Under the pieces are notes generated by a model. It saw only the letters and a program-made list of their open reading frames with translations, was not told the origin of the DNA and searched no databases. A stretch of DNA of 63,706 bases, the filler included, from Octopus bimaculoides (Eukaryota), in NCBI RefSeq assembly GCF_001194135.2. It is 4 parts of 4 records of this genome, joined end to end, with 100 filler letters (N's around TTAATTAATTAA, not from the genome) between each part and the next. Parts side by side here need not be neighbours in the genome. Positions count along the whole stretch, not along the records: positions 1 to 28,713 come from NC_068981.1; positions 28,814 to 41,183 come from NC_069004.1; 2 more parts are not named here. One strand, written 5' to 3'. Position numbers and translations under genes: made by a program. Positions 26,293 through 38,045 of the stretch are shown one piece after another (position 1 is the first letter of the stretch; every line of letters starts with the position of its first letter).

Positions 26293-27039
26293 ATTGAAAA
26301 ATGCGAATGCTCAAAAGGGTTACAGAATGTCATAAAAAAACCTTAAAAAGTATGGGACTAGCATTATTGCTCAAAAATATTGGAATCACTGTATGTTTTA
26401 CATTCTGTGGAATCCTTTTATCACAAGAAATTTGTTTAGTTCATCGAAATTAACTTATATTAAAAATTAAGTTAAATTATTGTATATTCAATTTTAACAA
26501 AACAATTGTATACAAATACTTATGTCATCTTTACGCAATAATTCAATCTATGAATGAATATTTTTTATAAATTTACAAGTAATCAATCAAAAATAATTTA
26601 GTAATAATTTGTTCAATTCGCACAACTTTTCCATTAATATGTATCACAATGCGAATTATCTTTGCTTATAATTGTTTCGGTTTCGTTCTTTCGCTGTTAT
26701 ATAGATTCGACTTCATCATAAATTCAGTTTTTTTTGTATTATTATCGTGGTAATTTGCATGCAGTGTTAAGTGTGTTTTTTTTTTATATGCTTTGGTATG
26801 AAGAGTATTATAACGAATTCGAAGTTAAAGATCATATTTTGTACCTTTTCAAATTCTTTATATTAAGAACTCGGTTTAATAATTATCGTGATATCGTGAT
26901 TCATACATGAGACTCTTTTCGTTTTAAGATGACACAGAATGCACAATATATAGTATTTTTAAGCAACAATGCTAGTCCCATACTTTTTAAGGTTTATTAT
27001 GACATTCTGTAACCCTTTTGAGTGTGCGCATTTTTCAAT
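26293..27039. mobile_element. MITE-like element with ~87-bp TIRs
   Basis: 26293-26380 is the reverse complement of 26953-27039 (ctcaaaagggttacagaatgtcata...aaaaagtatgggactagcatt). Confidence 0.8.
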
Positions 27040-27064
27040 ACTGTTATATGCATAGGTTGAATCA

Positions 27065-27450
27065 TTTACTTGCCTCAGTCATTTGGTGGCCATCCTGGAG
27101 CAGTGCATTAAAGGGTTTAGTCGGTCAATTCGACTACAATACTTTGTAAATATGGTACCTATTCTATCAATCTCTTTTTTCGAATCGACAAATTACGGGA
27201 ATACGGGGACGTAAGCAAACCAACAACTGTTGTAAAGCAGTGGTGGAAACAAAGACAAGCACACACACATCACACATTCACACAAACGCATAAACGACGG
27301 GTTTCCATACAGTTTCCGTCTAACAAATTCACTCACGAGGTACTGGTCGGCCCGGAGCTATAGCAAAAGCCATTTGCCCCAGATGCCACGCAATGAGACT
27401 GAACGCAAACCCACGTGTTTGCAAAATAGGCTTATTTATGACACTGCCGT
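27065..27450 (-). mobile_element. tRNA-derived SINE family B, near full length
   Basis: Same family as 49478-49810; internal (CA)n tract. Confidence 0.75.
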
Positions 27451-27936
27451 ATGTATATATATACATGTGAGTGTATGTGTGTAATTATGTATGTATGTAA
27501 GTTTGCAAGTACACACACACACATACACACACATATATATATATGCTTAAATTACGTTGGTAATGCCAGTCGTTTGGAGAAAAGTCTTGAGATATAATTA
27601 TAGAGCATTGAAACTGAAGCTAAAAGAAGACGTAAATGGCCGTTTGAAAACATTCCAATCCTACACATTCCATGCTAACAGGAAAGAATTATGGAACCAA
27701 AATTTAAGTGACAAAAGCAACAGTAAAACCAAATTTACCAAAATCATTGACAAAACAGAAGAGAGATCGATGGAACTTCAACATGAAAGTTCCCAAATCT
27801 CTATCGTTTCTCGGTGCGGTTCCTTAATGTCTACAAATTTTCACTAAACGTTATACAAAACAAAATTGGTGCACTAGAGAGATGTCTCGATGCCTTTCAA
27901 AATAGGAAGCGTCCATTTATTCATATGCATGTATGA

Positions 27937-27995
<59 letters not shown>

Positions 27996-28137
27996 TATTT
28001 ATATATAGTGGTGCAACAAGGCACCAATGTTTAGTGGAAATAGCGGTCGATAAATTTATGAGGCTATAGTAAATCTTCACTGCGTATATATTTGCAAAGG
28101 TGTGTGAGGGCAGCGAGCATAAGAAGTTTCATCTTAC

Positions 28138-28183
28138 CTCTAGAAAGAACATTAGATAATCGGATAATCGGATAATCTAATAC
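28138..28183 (-). CDS. Predicted exon 3 (VLDYPIIRLSNVLSR), 46 nt, phase 0->1
   Basis: ccttaacctag acceptor, GAG|gtaaga donor, phase fits exon 4. Confidence 0.35.
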
Positions 28184-28429
28184 CTAGGTTAAGGACTCTT
28201 CAAATACGGTTGTTATCGTAAGTTTGACAAGTCTTCTTCAGTTTGATCTACCTGGACAATATTCCAAATGTTGCTACATCAATGCCAGTATACTCACCTG
28301 AACGCTTAGCCGTTAAGAGAACCGAGAACGGGGAAAAAAGTTTTTAATGAAAAATTGAATATTGTAAAGCAAATGTATTGGTTTCCAGTCAAATAAAACA
28401 CCGTAAAAGTAGAAGTTAGCACATAAATG

Positions 28430-28610
28430 TGAAACAAGGTGGATAAATAGTACTCGATACTGGAGGTAGAGTAATATGCTTCATTAATAAAACTGCAAAG
28501 ACGTCACAAAAACTGTTACTCAGAATTTCACAACTCCGTTCGTCCGATGACCGGGAAAGTGTAACTGAGTGACAGGTTCTGTGATGCCTTTGCTGCTTTC
28601 TTAATAAACT
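28430..28610. repeat. Inverted pair of decayed family-2 hammerhead-bearing repeat ends
   Basis: aaaaactgttactcagaatttcac...cgtccgatgaccgggaaagtgtaactgagtgacagg; homologous to 39700-39900. Confidence 0.6.
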
Positions 28611-28617
28611 ACACACG

Positions 28618-28689
<72 letters not shown>

Positions 28690-29569
28690 AGTAAAGAGGT
28701 TGTTACAGGCATGNNNNNNNNNNNNNNNNNNNNNNNNNNNNNNNNNNNNNNNNNNNNTTAATTAATTAANNNNNNNNNNNNNNNNNNNNNNNNNNNNNNN
28801 NNNNNNNNNNNNNTGTATACATTTATGTATGTGTGTGTTTGTAAGAGACAGAGTGTGAGTGAGTGAGAGAGAGAGGTTTGTTGTCATGTATACGTACATG
28901 CATAAATATACATACATCTTTGAATGTATGCATATGACAACACAGCCCTTGACTCACTCACACTCTGTCTCTTACAAACACGCACGCGCGCGCATACACA
29001 CGTGTGTCTTTGTAAATATGTTTGTATACATTTATGTATGTGTGTGTTTGTAAGAGACAGAGTGTGAGTGAGTCAAGGTGTGTGTGAGACAGAGTGAGAG
29101 AGTGGTGTGTATGTAGTATTTACTCTCTCTCTCTCATACACACGAACACACACACTCACACACAAAATAGAAAATGAAGCTTTTTGCGGTTGTTACGTCA
29201 ATACAGGAAGTTGACATTGAGGAACCTTTTTAAAGAAGTGAATCTTAAATATAAAGCAATATTATTTATTTTTAATTAAAAAAATCAAATGAAGAGCCTA
29301 AGATTTATCCGAGGTCAAATTATTCATGCATTACAAGTATGGAAGCATTTGGTGAAGTCAATTTCACGTGAAAAGCGATTACACACACATCTGTTTTATA
29401 TATAGTATAGATGTATATAGAGCGAGGTGAGAAAAGTAGTTAAGACATGCTTTTATTGGTAAATTCTAAAGAAGCTATGCCAGGATGAAATAATTGGATA
29501 GAATTCGCTGGAATAATTTTACTGCGGAATCAATGAGAAAGATTCTCTGAGAGAGAATCTCGACTATTG

Positions 29570-30330
29570 ACTGTCATAACACGATGATGACAGCGATGAC
29601 AGGTATGATGGTAATGATAATGATGATGATGATGGTTGCAATGTGAATGATGGTGATGACTGCGATAACAATGATGATGATGATGATAGCGGTGATTATG
29701 ATGTTGATGGCGGTCGTGTTGAGTGATGATGATGATGATGATGATTATTGTGTTGCGAGTGATGATGGTTGTGGCGATGCTACTGCTGCTGATGATGATA
29801 ATGGCGGAAAGTGTGCTTAGCAAGAGATTCAAGTGGAAGGGAAATTCTATTTATGTCATATAAATCAAAAATATTCCTTAGTTCCACGTCTGCTTAACTG
29901 GAGAATGGCGACATTTGGATTATAACACTAATGGGTGGCGCTGGGGGTGACGGTAGCAGGGATTCTTGTAGCGGTGCTGCAGATATTATTTATTCGTCAT
30001 GGTAGTTTTGGTGGTGATGGCATTGTTGGTGATGATGGTGATGTTGTCGATGTTATTTTCATTGTTGTTCTTCTTCGTGATGGGGGTGATGGTGATGCTA
30101 GATAGAGGGGTAATGGTGATGCTAGAGTGAGGTGGCGATGTGTATCTTATACATTTGTGGTGGTAGTTTTGGCGGTAATGTTATCGTTGTTGCTCTTATT
30201 GTTTGTGGTGGTGATGTTATGCTCCCTGTTGTTATTATTGGTGGGGCTGTAACGGTGTCGGCAGAAAGTTGGTTAGTGTTCGCGATGGTGGTGTTATTTT
30301 CGTTGTTGGCGGTGGTGATCATTGTAGTAA
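29570..30330. repeat. (GAT/GGT)n low-complexity tract
   Basis: Directly visible. Confidence 0.9.
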
Positions 30331-30681
30331 TGGTATGTATTGTAAGTCTACTTGAGATTAACGTTTCATAAATTTCTATGCGTTGTTGTTACTCTGAAAA
30401 CATTAATAAAACATTTCCGAGAAGTTGTTAACAACAACATCATCAGCCGAAACAGCAACAACAACTACAGACAAAGCAACAACACTCGCGCAACGAGGGA
30501 ACTCCGACGCAGTCCCTCGATGTTTAACACAGAACAAACAAATCTTACTCAATCTGTAAGAGAGATAATTTGAAATACGTCGCTCTAACGACAATATATC
30601 TCCAGAAACTTCACGGGATGGTCACGACTGACATAAATTACATTGTTGTCCACCTCAACAACTACAACAACGAGATTATTA

Positions 30682-30712
<31 letters not shown>

Positions 30713-30729
30713 CATCGATATTATTATTG

Positions 30730-30920
30730 AGGCGGCGAGCTGGCAGAATCGTTAGCACGCTACGTTCTGAGTTCAAATTCCGCCGAGGTGGATTTTGCCT
30801 TTCATCCTTTCGGATGTGCCAGATTTGATGTAAGGGATAAACTTCCTCTCCAAAAACTTCACGCAATGTGCCTATTGTAGAAATTATTATCATTAAGGCG
30901 GCGAGATCGTCGGGAAAATG

Positions 30921-30958
<38 letters not shown>

Positions 30959-31130
30959 ATTTCTACTCTAGGCACAATGCTCGTAATTTTGGGGGCGGGG
31001 CCAGTCGATTAGATCGACCCCAGTACGCAAATGGTACTTAATTTATCGACAGTGAAAGGATGAAAGGCGAAGTCGACCTCGACGGAATTTGAACTCAGAA
31101 CGTAAGGACAGACGAGATGCCGTCAAGCAT
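30730..31130. mobile_element. Two family A SINE copies in opposite orientation
   Basis: + copy 30730-30890 and - copy 30955-31130, separated by (TA)n. Confidence 0.8.
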
Positions 31131-32088
31131 TTCGCGCGATATATATATGTAGAGAGAAAGGGAGGGGGAGGGAGAGAGAGAGAGAGCGAGAGAGAGAGAG
31201 AGTGGGTGGGTGTGTATCTGCGTTTGTCCCCCACGCTGTTGCGTTTACGTCATGACTTAGCAATTGGGCAAAAAGAATCGATAGAGTAAATACCGGGCAT
31301 CAAAGAAAGAATAAGAACTGGGGATCGATTCCTTCAACTGAAATTCTTCAAAGCAGTGCCCCAGACTGACCGCAGTCTAACGTCTGAGACAAGTGAGAGA
31401 TAAAAGAGAAAAAAAAAAAAGAAAAATTCCTCAACATTGCAAACATTTTATTCTCTGATTTTTGTCACAGTCATTTCAGTGAAATGTGAAGAACATTTGA
31501 TAGCCGTTTGAAGTACGATTTGCACTTATAAGCGTCTCCATTTTTGCATGACTACACAATCTGGTTTTGCCACAAATATTTCATTTTGGCATGTACAAGT
31601 TTCCTTTTATCTAGCAGAGATTAATGGTAACGGCTATGTTTTGTTAATTATTTTACACGAATTTGTTCTGCCTTATTTCTTTTATTTTCATGTCTTAGTG
31701 ATCATTTGTTTGATAACATCAACTTAGTACGTTCCATTCCGTCAGAAATCTTCTGAAATCAACAGGTTACCATTCAAAGAACTAAGCATAAAAATACTCT
31801 TACATAGAAAATAGAGAATTTATTACAAATAAAAGCGTATTTAACTACAGTTAAGTCGGAATCCTTGCATATCGTATGAGATATATGACTCAACATCTAC
31901 AGAAATGTGTGTATTTATCTTTTACATGTTTCAGTCATTAGACTGCGGCCACGCTACTGCACTGCCCTGGAGAATTTTAGTAGAACGAGTCGTCCGCAGT
32001 ACCTACTTTCTTTTAAAGCTTGATACATGTTCTATCCGTCTATTTGCCCAACCGCTAAGTCATGGACACGTAAACATACTAACACCAT

Positions 32089-32320
32089 CATTTACATTTG
32101 ACGGATATTTATCCTCATCTTGTTTGTTGTTAACACAATGTTTCGGCTGACATACCCTCCAGCCTTCATCAGGTGTCTTGGGGAAATTTCGAACGTGGGT
32201 TCTCATTCTTAAGGTATTTTTTCTATGTTATTATTATTATTATTATTGTTCAGGTCACTGCTTGGAATCAAACTCCAAATCTTGGGGTTAATAGCCCACG
32301 CTCTTAACCACTACGCCATA
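32089..32320 (-). mobile_element. tRNA-headed SINE carrying a minimal hammerhead motif (family 1)
   Basis: A box TGGCGTAGTGG (32318-32308), B box GAGTTTGATTCC (32275-32264), (AAT)n linker, hammerhead 32177-32132, TGTAAAT tail. Confidence 0.75.
32132..32177 (-). ncRNA. Minimal type I hammerhead ribozyme-like motif (helix III carries a G>A change)
   Basis: GACAC-CUGAUGA-A-GGCUG(loop)CAGCC-GAAAC-AUU/GUGUU. Confidence 0.65.
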
Positions 32321-32409
32321 TAACAAACAAGGACAAATATCCGTCAAATGTAAACAATGTAAATGTACAAAATTCCTCATCTCTTAAATATAGAACTATA
32401 CTAACACCA

Positions 32410-32428
32410 GTTGCCAAGCGGTCGTGGG

Positions 32429-32459
<31 letters not shown>

Positions 32460-32464
32460 CACGC

Positions 32465-32495
<31 letters not shown>

Positions 32496-33005
32496 AGCGC
32501 GTGCACACACAAGCGCGTGCACACACACATACACATGCGACAGGCTTCCCTCAGTTTCTGCTCACCAAATCTACTCACAAGGCTTTGGTTAGCCCAAGGT
32601 TTATAGTACAAACCACTTACCCAAGGTACTCCGCAGTGGAACTGAAACTGGAACCATGCGGTTGGGAGGGAAACTTCTTACCGCACAGACACAAAATAGC
32701 CCTTACATAGCAAACGAAATCCCTTTATATATTTGTTTTGCATTGACTTGCATACACTTCTTTGTGGCTATAGCAGTTATACTCATGACCAGTGTGCAGT
32801 CGACAGGAAATTTATAACCAATAGAATACGGTTTTCTACTCTAGGCACAAGGCCCGTAATTTTTAGGGAAGGGGGCCAGTCGATTAGATCGACCCCAGTG
32901 CGCAACTGGTACTTAATTTATCGACCCCGAAAGGATGAAAGGCAAAGTTGACCTCGGTGGAATTTGAACTCAGAACGTAGCGGCGTGCTAACGTTTCTGC
33001 TAGCT
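32410..33005 (-). mobile_element. Family B SINE 5' part (32410-32700) and family A SINE (32830-33005)
   Basis: Reverse-complement matches to the respective heads and cores. Confidence 0.8.
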
Positions 33006-33383
33006 CTAATATCGTTCATCAATTGCGATATAAAGTAAGCAAATATTATGAACAATCATAGAAAATAACAATGAAAATTGGCACAACATGCGTATATTGA
33101 GGTGTAGAGTCTACAGGATTCTACCGCAGTGTATAACTGGTACTGTCTTATTAAAACCGGATTCATCAGAGGCAAAATGAATAATTTCGGTATTCATTGT
33201 AATCGAACTATTTGTTGCAGCATTCATGTATGGAATTTAAGATGTTCGATTTGTCAAGCCTGATCTCGTCTCAACTAAAGGGTCATTAGAAGCAGTCCCA
33301 GACCAGAACTTGCCCGATTTTCCTACCCCGGGAATAACGGTCATAGTTACAACGGCTTTCTAAACCTCTTTATTTTATTTTAC

Positions 33384-33443
33384 CCAACCGTATAATACTA
33401 TTGCTAAACAGCGTAAATTAATCATATCGATCGTAATCGATCT
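33384..33443 (-). CDS. Predicted exon 2 (RSITIDMINLRCLAIVLYGW), 60 nt, phase 0-0; alternative start ATG at 33425
   Basis: ggtttttcag acceptor, TGG|gtaaaa donor, hydrophobic signal-peptide-like segment continuing into exon 3. Confidence 0.35.
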
Positions 33444-33769
33444 CTGAAAAACCAGTAGAGAAGATGTACCTATCCCTTTTATAAGACCAAACCATTAAAC
33501 AAATGAAAAATTGCTGGAAAAAGGGTGGAATCCCTTTCGCCAATTTCTTAATTTATCGGCCACGAAAGATTAAAAACAAAACGGTAAAAATATACAACCG
33601 TGCGAGAGTTTGAAATAACTAAAGTAACGATATATATATGTATACACATGAATATCTATACACTAATACGTACACACATATATATAATTTATCGTAGTAG
33701 TCTTTTAATAAGTCAAGATGTAATTCTCCATCTACACTAGCGCCACCATCAAACCAGTCCATTCCATAC

Positions 33770-33835
33770 ATTTCTTATGTAATTTATCGTTCTCGTTAAT
33801 TGAATTTTAATCATTAATGTCAACCATGTCGCCAT
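33770..33835 (-). CDS. Predicted exon 1 coding part (MATWLTLMIKIQLTRTINYIRN)
   Basis: aaaaATGGCG start context, AAT|gtatgg donor, in frame with exon 2. Confidence 0.3.
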
Positions 33836-33855
33836 TTTTTAAGCCGGTCGCCATG
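33828..33855 (-). promoter_or_regulatory. Two ATGGCGAC motifs resembling the TSS-proximal YY1-type element
   Basis: Plus strand gtcgccattttt (33828-33839) and gtcgccatg (33847-33855); resemblance only. Confidence 0.2.
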
Positions 33856-34240
33856 TTATCAAAGTGTCGAATTAACTTTGAAGTGGGTGTACATTTGTGC
33901 AGTTCAGCGGCTGTGTGTGTGCGTGTGTTTACATTTGAATTTCAATGAGCGTGCCGTCTGGAGATGGTGTATAAAACATACACACACAAAATTACTCACT
34001 CCTATTAAATATAGATACATATACACAAACATATATATATATATACATACATACATGAAATAAGGAGATATATATGAATATACCTATATACAATTATATG
34101 AGAATACAGACGCACACATATATAAGTAATATATACTTACATATATATATAATTTATATGTACAACACGTGTGTAGATATATAATTGTATGAATAAAAGT
34201 GTATGCGTGTTTAGATGTGTGTGGGTGTATAATACACACA

Positions 34241-34279
<39 letters not shown>

Positions 34280-34577
34280 GCCCAATTAGTAACGCTTCTC
34301 TTACGAGTGTCTTCACATACGACACAAATTATTTGACCCAAGACGTAAAAGAAATTAGCTTTCATGCAAATTAATAAAAATTATTCACAAAATTACCCAT
34401 AATTACTCTCCTTTGTATCGTCAGCTTAGACCGCTTTATGAAATACGGAGATCTGTGAATTAGATTAATGCTAATTTATTCTTAATCCTGTGTCACGTGA
34501 TGATTAATTGTTGATTAACAGCGTCCCTCTTTCCCCCCATCACACAACTCTTGCATCTTTCAACACATTTCTCTGAG

Positions 34578-34612
<35 letters not shown>

Positions 34613-34959
34613 CATCAAAAATAATTAAAAGCGACAGAAGCAGTATTAATACGAAAAGGTAATATTTATCACCACTTAAAGTGGATGTTATGCCCGAACA
34701 CAAAATACTGCGGCAGCTACGAAGAGAGATTATTAAGGTGGCGACATTGCAGAACTTTTAATACGATGTTTAAAAAAAACAAAAAAATACAAGGAGCTTG
34801 ACAGCATTTCTTCTCTCTTCAGCATAAGACTAAACAAGTACCAGTTGAGTAATGTGGTCGATGTAGTCAACTTCCCCATTCTCCCGAAGTTCCTGGCTTT
34901 GTGCCAAAATTTGAAATCATCATCATCATCATTATTATTATTATTATTACGGCGGCGAT

Positions 34960-35175
34960 GAGGCGGCGAGCTGGCAGAATCGTTAGCTCACCGGGCGAAA
35001 TGCTTAGTGGTATTTCGTCTGCCGCAACGTTCTGAGTTCGAATTCCAGAGAGGTCGACTTTGCCTTTCATCCTTTCAGGGTCGATAAATTAAGTACTAGT
35101 TACGCACTGGGGTCGATGAAATCAACTTACTCCCTCCCCACAAATTTCAAACTTTGTGCTTTTAGTACAAAGGAT
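34960..35175 (+). mobile_element. Family A SINE
   Basis: gaggcggcgagctggcagaatcgttagc head through the core. Confidence 0.85.
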
Positions 35176-35672
35176 TATCATTATTATTATTATTAATGAG
35201 GCGGCGAGTATTCCAAGTCAGCATCAGAGTTTCAAGAATCTTAAAATTCTTCCCTATTTCTTGGGGTTTTGTGGATATTCTTATTTTCTCTTCGAAATCT
35301 GCATGATTTTAAGGTGGATGCCGGTGGCCTAGTTGTTAAACTTTTATACGAACAATCGTAGGATCGGAGGTTCGATTCACTGATTGTATGATCCATTGTT
35401 TTTCTGAGAGACAGTCATTTGATTTCATGAGGCAACATTTTCGAGTTTTTTAGTGTATGTGTTGTTGTAATAATTAGTGTGTACTTTCAGTGATGCGATT
35501 AACACACTTGAAATTTTGTAACCACTCACCACCNNNNNNNNNNACCACCGCCGCCAAAATCACTACAACCACAACCACAACCACAACCACAACACTACAA
35601 CCACAACCACAGCCATTACTGCTACCACAACTTATCACGCACATTATCAAATCCATAACAATCACAACAAAG

Positions 35673-35718
<46 letters not shown>

Positions 35719-35741
35719 CCATCACCAACAACAACAACACC

Positions 35742-35772
<31 letters not shown>

Positions 35773-36501
35773 CCATCACCAACACCTCTGCAACTAGCTT
35801 CAACTCTTATTCATCAATCAGCGCTAATCCGTCAATCACCATTAATCCAGTAATGAAGAATTACTTTGTGAAAGTTCAAATGTGAGAACATATTTGTTGG
35901 CGTTTTATGGAATATTATGGCAAGGAATGGAATTTCATTTCCAATTCTTCTCTGGTAGCGAAATCGTTTTCTTGTTTTTTTTGTTTTTTAATGGAAACCC
36001 CCGAAGCAACGAAAGCCAAAATAAGTTGATCCTGGCGGCAAATGTAACTGTGACATACATAGGGAGAGACAATCAAATATTGTGAAGTATTTGCTCCAGC
36101 GCTTCCGACGATTCTGCTGGCTCAGTTGGGCATGGTTATTGAGGAAAGAGTTTAGAAAGGAATAAAGGGAAGATTGAATGACTGAACAAATGTCAAAAAA
36201 GGAACGAGAGAAAGAGAAAAGTGAAGGAAAACAGATATCAAAAGAAACATGAAAGCCCAAGCAACAGCAATGTAAATGGTAACGATAAATAGATAGATAG
36301 ATAGATAGGTAGGTAGGGAGATGGATGGATGGATAGATAGATAGATAGATGGATGGATAGACAGGTGAATGAGTAGAGGGATAGGTGGGCGGATGGATAG
36401 AGAAATAGATAAAGAGGGAAGAGAGGGTGAGAAGCAGAAAAGAAAGCGTGTGTCAATGTTTCACTATGTGACTAGTTATCTGGATTATTATTATTATTAT
36501 T

Positions 36502-36710
36502 AAGGCGGTGAGCTGGCAGAATGGTTAGCACCCGGGGCGAAATGCTTAGCGGTATTTCGTCTGCCGTTACGTTCCGAGTTCAAATTCTGCCTGTCGACTT
36601 GGCCTTTCATCCTTTCGGGGTCAATAAATTAAGTACCAGTAAAGCACTGAGGTCGATGTAATCGACTAGACCCCTTCCCCCAAAATTCAGGCCTTGTGCC
36701 TATGGTAGAA

Positions 36711-36744
<34 letters not shown>

Positions 36745-36886
36745 GAAAGGCGGCGAGCTGGCAGAACCGTTAGCTCGCCGGATGAAGTGTTTATCGGTAT
36801 TTCGTCCGTCACTACGTTCTGAGTTCAAATTCCGCCGAGGTCGACTTTGAGTCTCACTCTTTCGGGGTCGATTAAATAAGTATCAG
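36502..36886 (+). mobile_element. Two family A SINEs inserted in (ATT)n
   Basis: Two heads, B boxes and cores. Confidence 0.85.
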
Positions 36887-37724
36887 NNNNNNNNNNNNNN
36901 NNNNNNNNNNNNNNNNNNNNNNNNNNNNNNNNNNNNNNNNNNNNNNNNNNNNNNNNNNNNNNNNNNNNNNNNNNNNNNNNNNNNNNNNNNNNNNNNNNNN
37001 NNNNNNNNNNNNNNNNNNNNNNNNNNNNNNNNNNNNNNNNNNNNNNNNNNNNNNNNNNNNNNNNNNNNNNNNNNNNNNNNNNNNNNNNNNNNNNNNNNNN
37101 NNNNNNNNNNNNNNNNNNNNNNNNNNNNNNNNNNNNNNNNNNNNNNNNNNNNNNNNNNNNNNNNNNNNNNNNNNNNNNNNNNNNNNNNNNNNNNNNNNNN
37201 NNNNNNNNNNNNNNNNNNNNNNNNNNNNNNNNNNNNNNNNNNNNNNNNNNNNNNNNNNNNNNNNNNNNNNNNNNNNNNNNNNNNNNNNNNNNNNNNNNNN
37301 NNNNNNNNNNNNNNNNNNNNNNNNNNNNNNNNNNNNNNNNNNNNNNNNNNNNNNNNNNNNNNNNNNNNNNNNNNNNNNNNNNNNNNNNNNNNNNNNNNNN
37401 NNNNNNNNNNNNNNNNNNNNNNNNNNNNNNNNNNNNNNNNNNNNNNNNNNNNNNNNNNNNNNNNNNNNNNNNNNNNNNNNNNNNNNNNNNNNNNNNNNNN
37501 NNNNNNNNNNNNNNNNNNNNNNNNNNNNNNNNNNNNNNNNNNNNNNNNNNNNNNNNNNNNNNNNNNNNNNNNNNNNNNNNNNNNNNNNNNNNNNNNNNNN
37601 NNNNNNNNNNNNNNNNNNNNNNNNNNNNNNNNNNNNNNNNNNNNNNNNNNNNNNNNNNNNNNNNNNNNNNNNNNNNNNNNNNNNNNNNNNNNATATATAT
37701 ATATATATATATATACATACATAT

Positions 37725-38045
37725 GTGAGGTGAGCGGTTTAGTGGTTAGGGTATACGATTCACTACCCTAAGGTTGTGAGTTCGATTCCCGGCGACGCGT
37801 TATATCCTTGAGCAAGACACTTTATTCACGTTGCCTCCCATTCAACTGGTAAAAATGAGCTGCAACTGTATTTCAAAAGGGCCAGCCTTGTCGCATTCTG
37901 TATCACGCTGAATCTCCCTGAGAACAGCATTAAGGGCACACGTGTCTGTGGAGTACTCAGCCACTTGCACGTTAGTTTCACGAGTAGGCTGTTCCGTTGA
38001 TCGAATCAACTGGAATCCTCGTCGTCTTAACCGACGGAGTGCCAG
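37725..38045 (+). mobile_element. tRNA-derived SINE family C
   Basis: gcggtttagtggttagg (A box), gagttcgattccc (B box), ccttgagcaagacacttt body. Confidence 0.8.

Noticed and set aside
28252-28304. Strong CAG|gtgagt and CAG|gtagat sites on the minus strand
   Set aside because: No phase-compatible exon of plausible size or intron length could be built.
28758-28769. TTAATTAATTAA island inside Ns, repeated at 41228-41239 and 61905-61916
   Set aside because: Each is exactly 44 N + 12 nt + 44 N = 100 bp, and the 12-mer has stops in all six frames: an artificial scaffolding spacer, not biology.
28814-29075. Direct duplication of ~50 bp next to a gap
   Set aside because: Microsatellite-like and adjacent to a contig join; likely slippage or an assembly effect.
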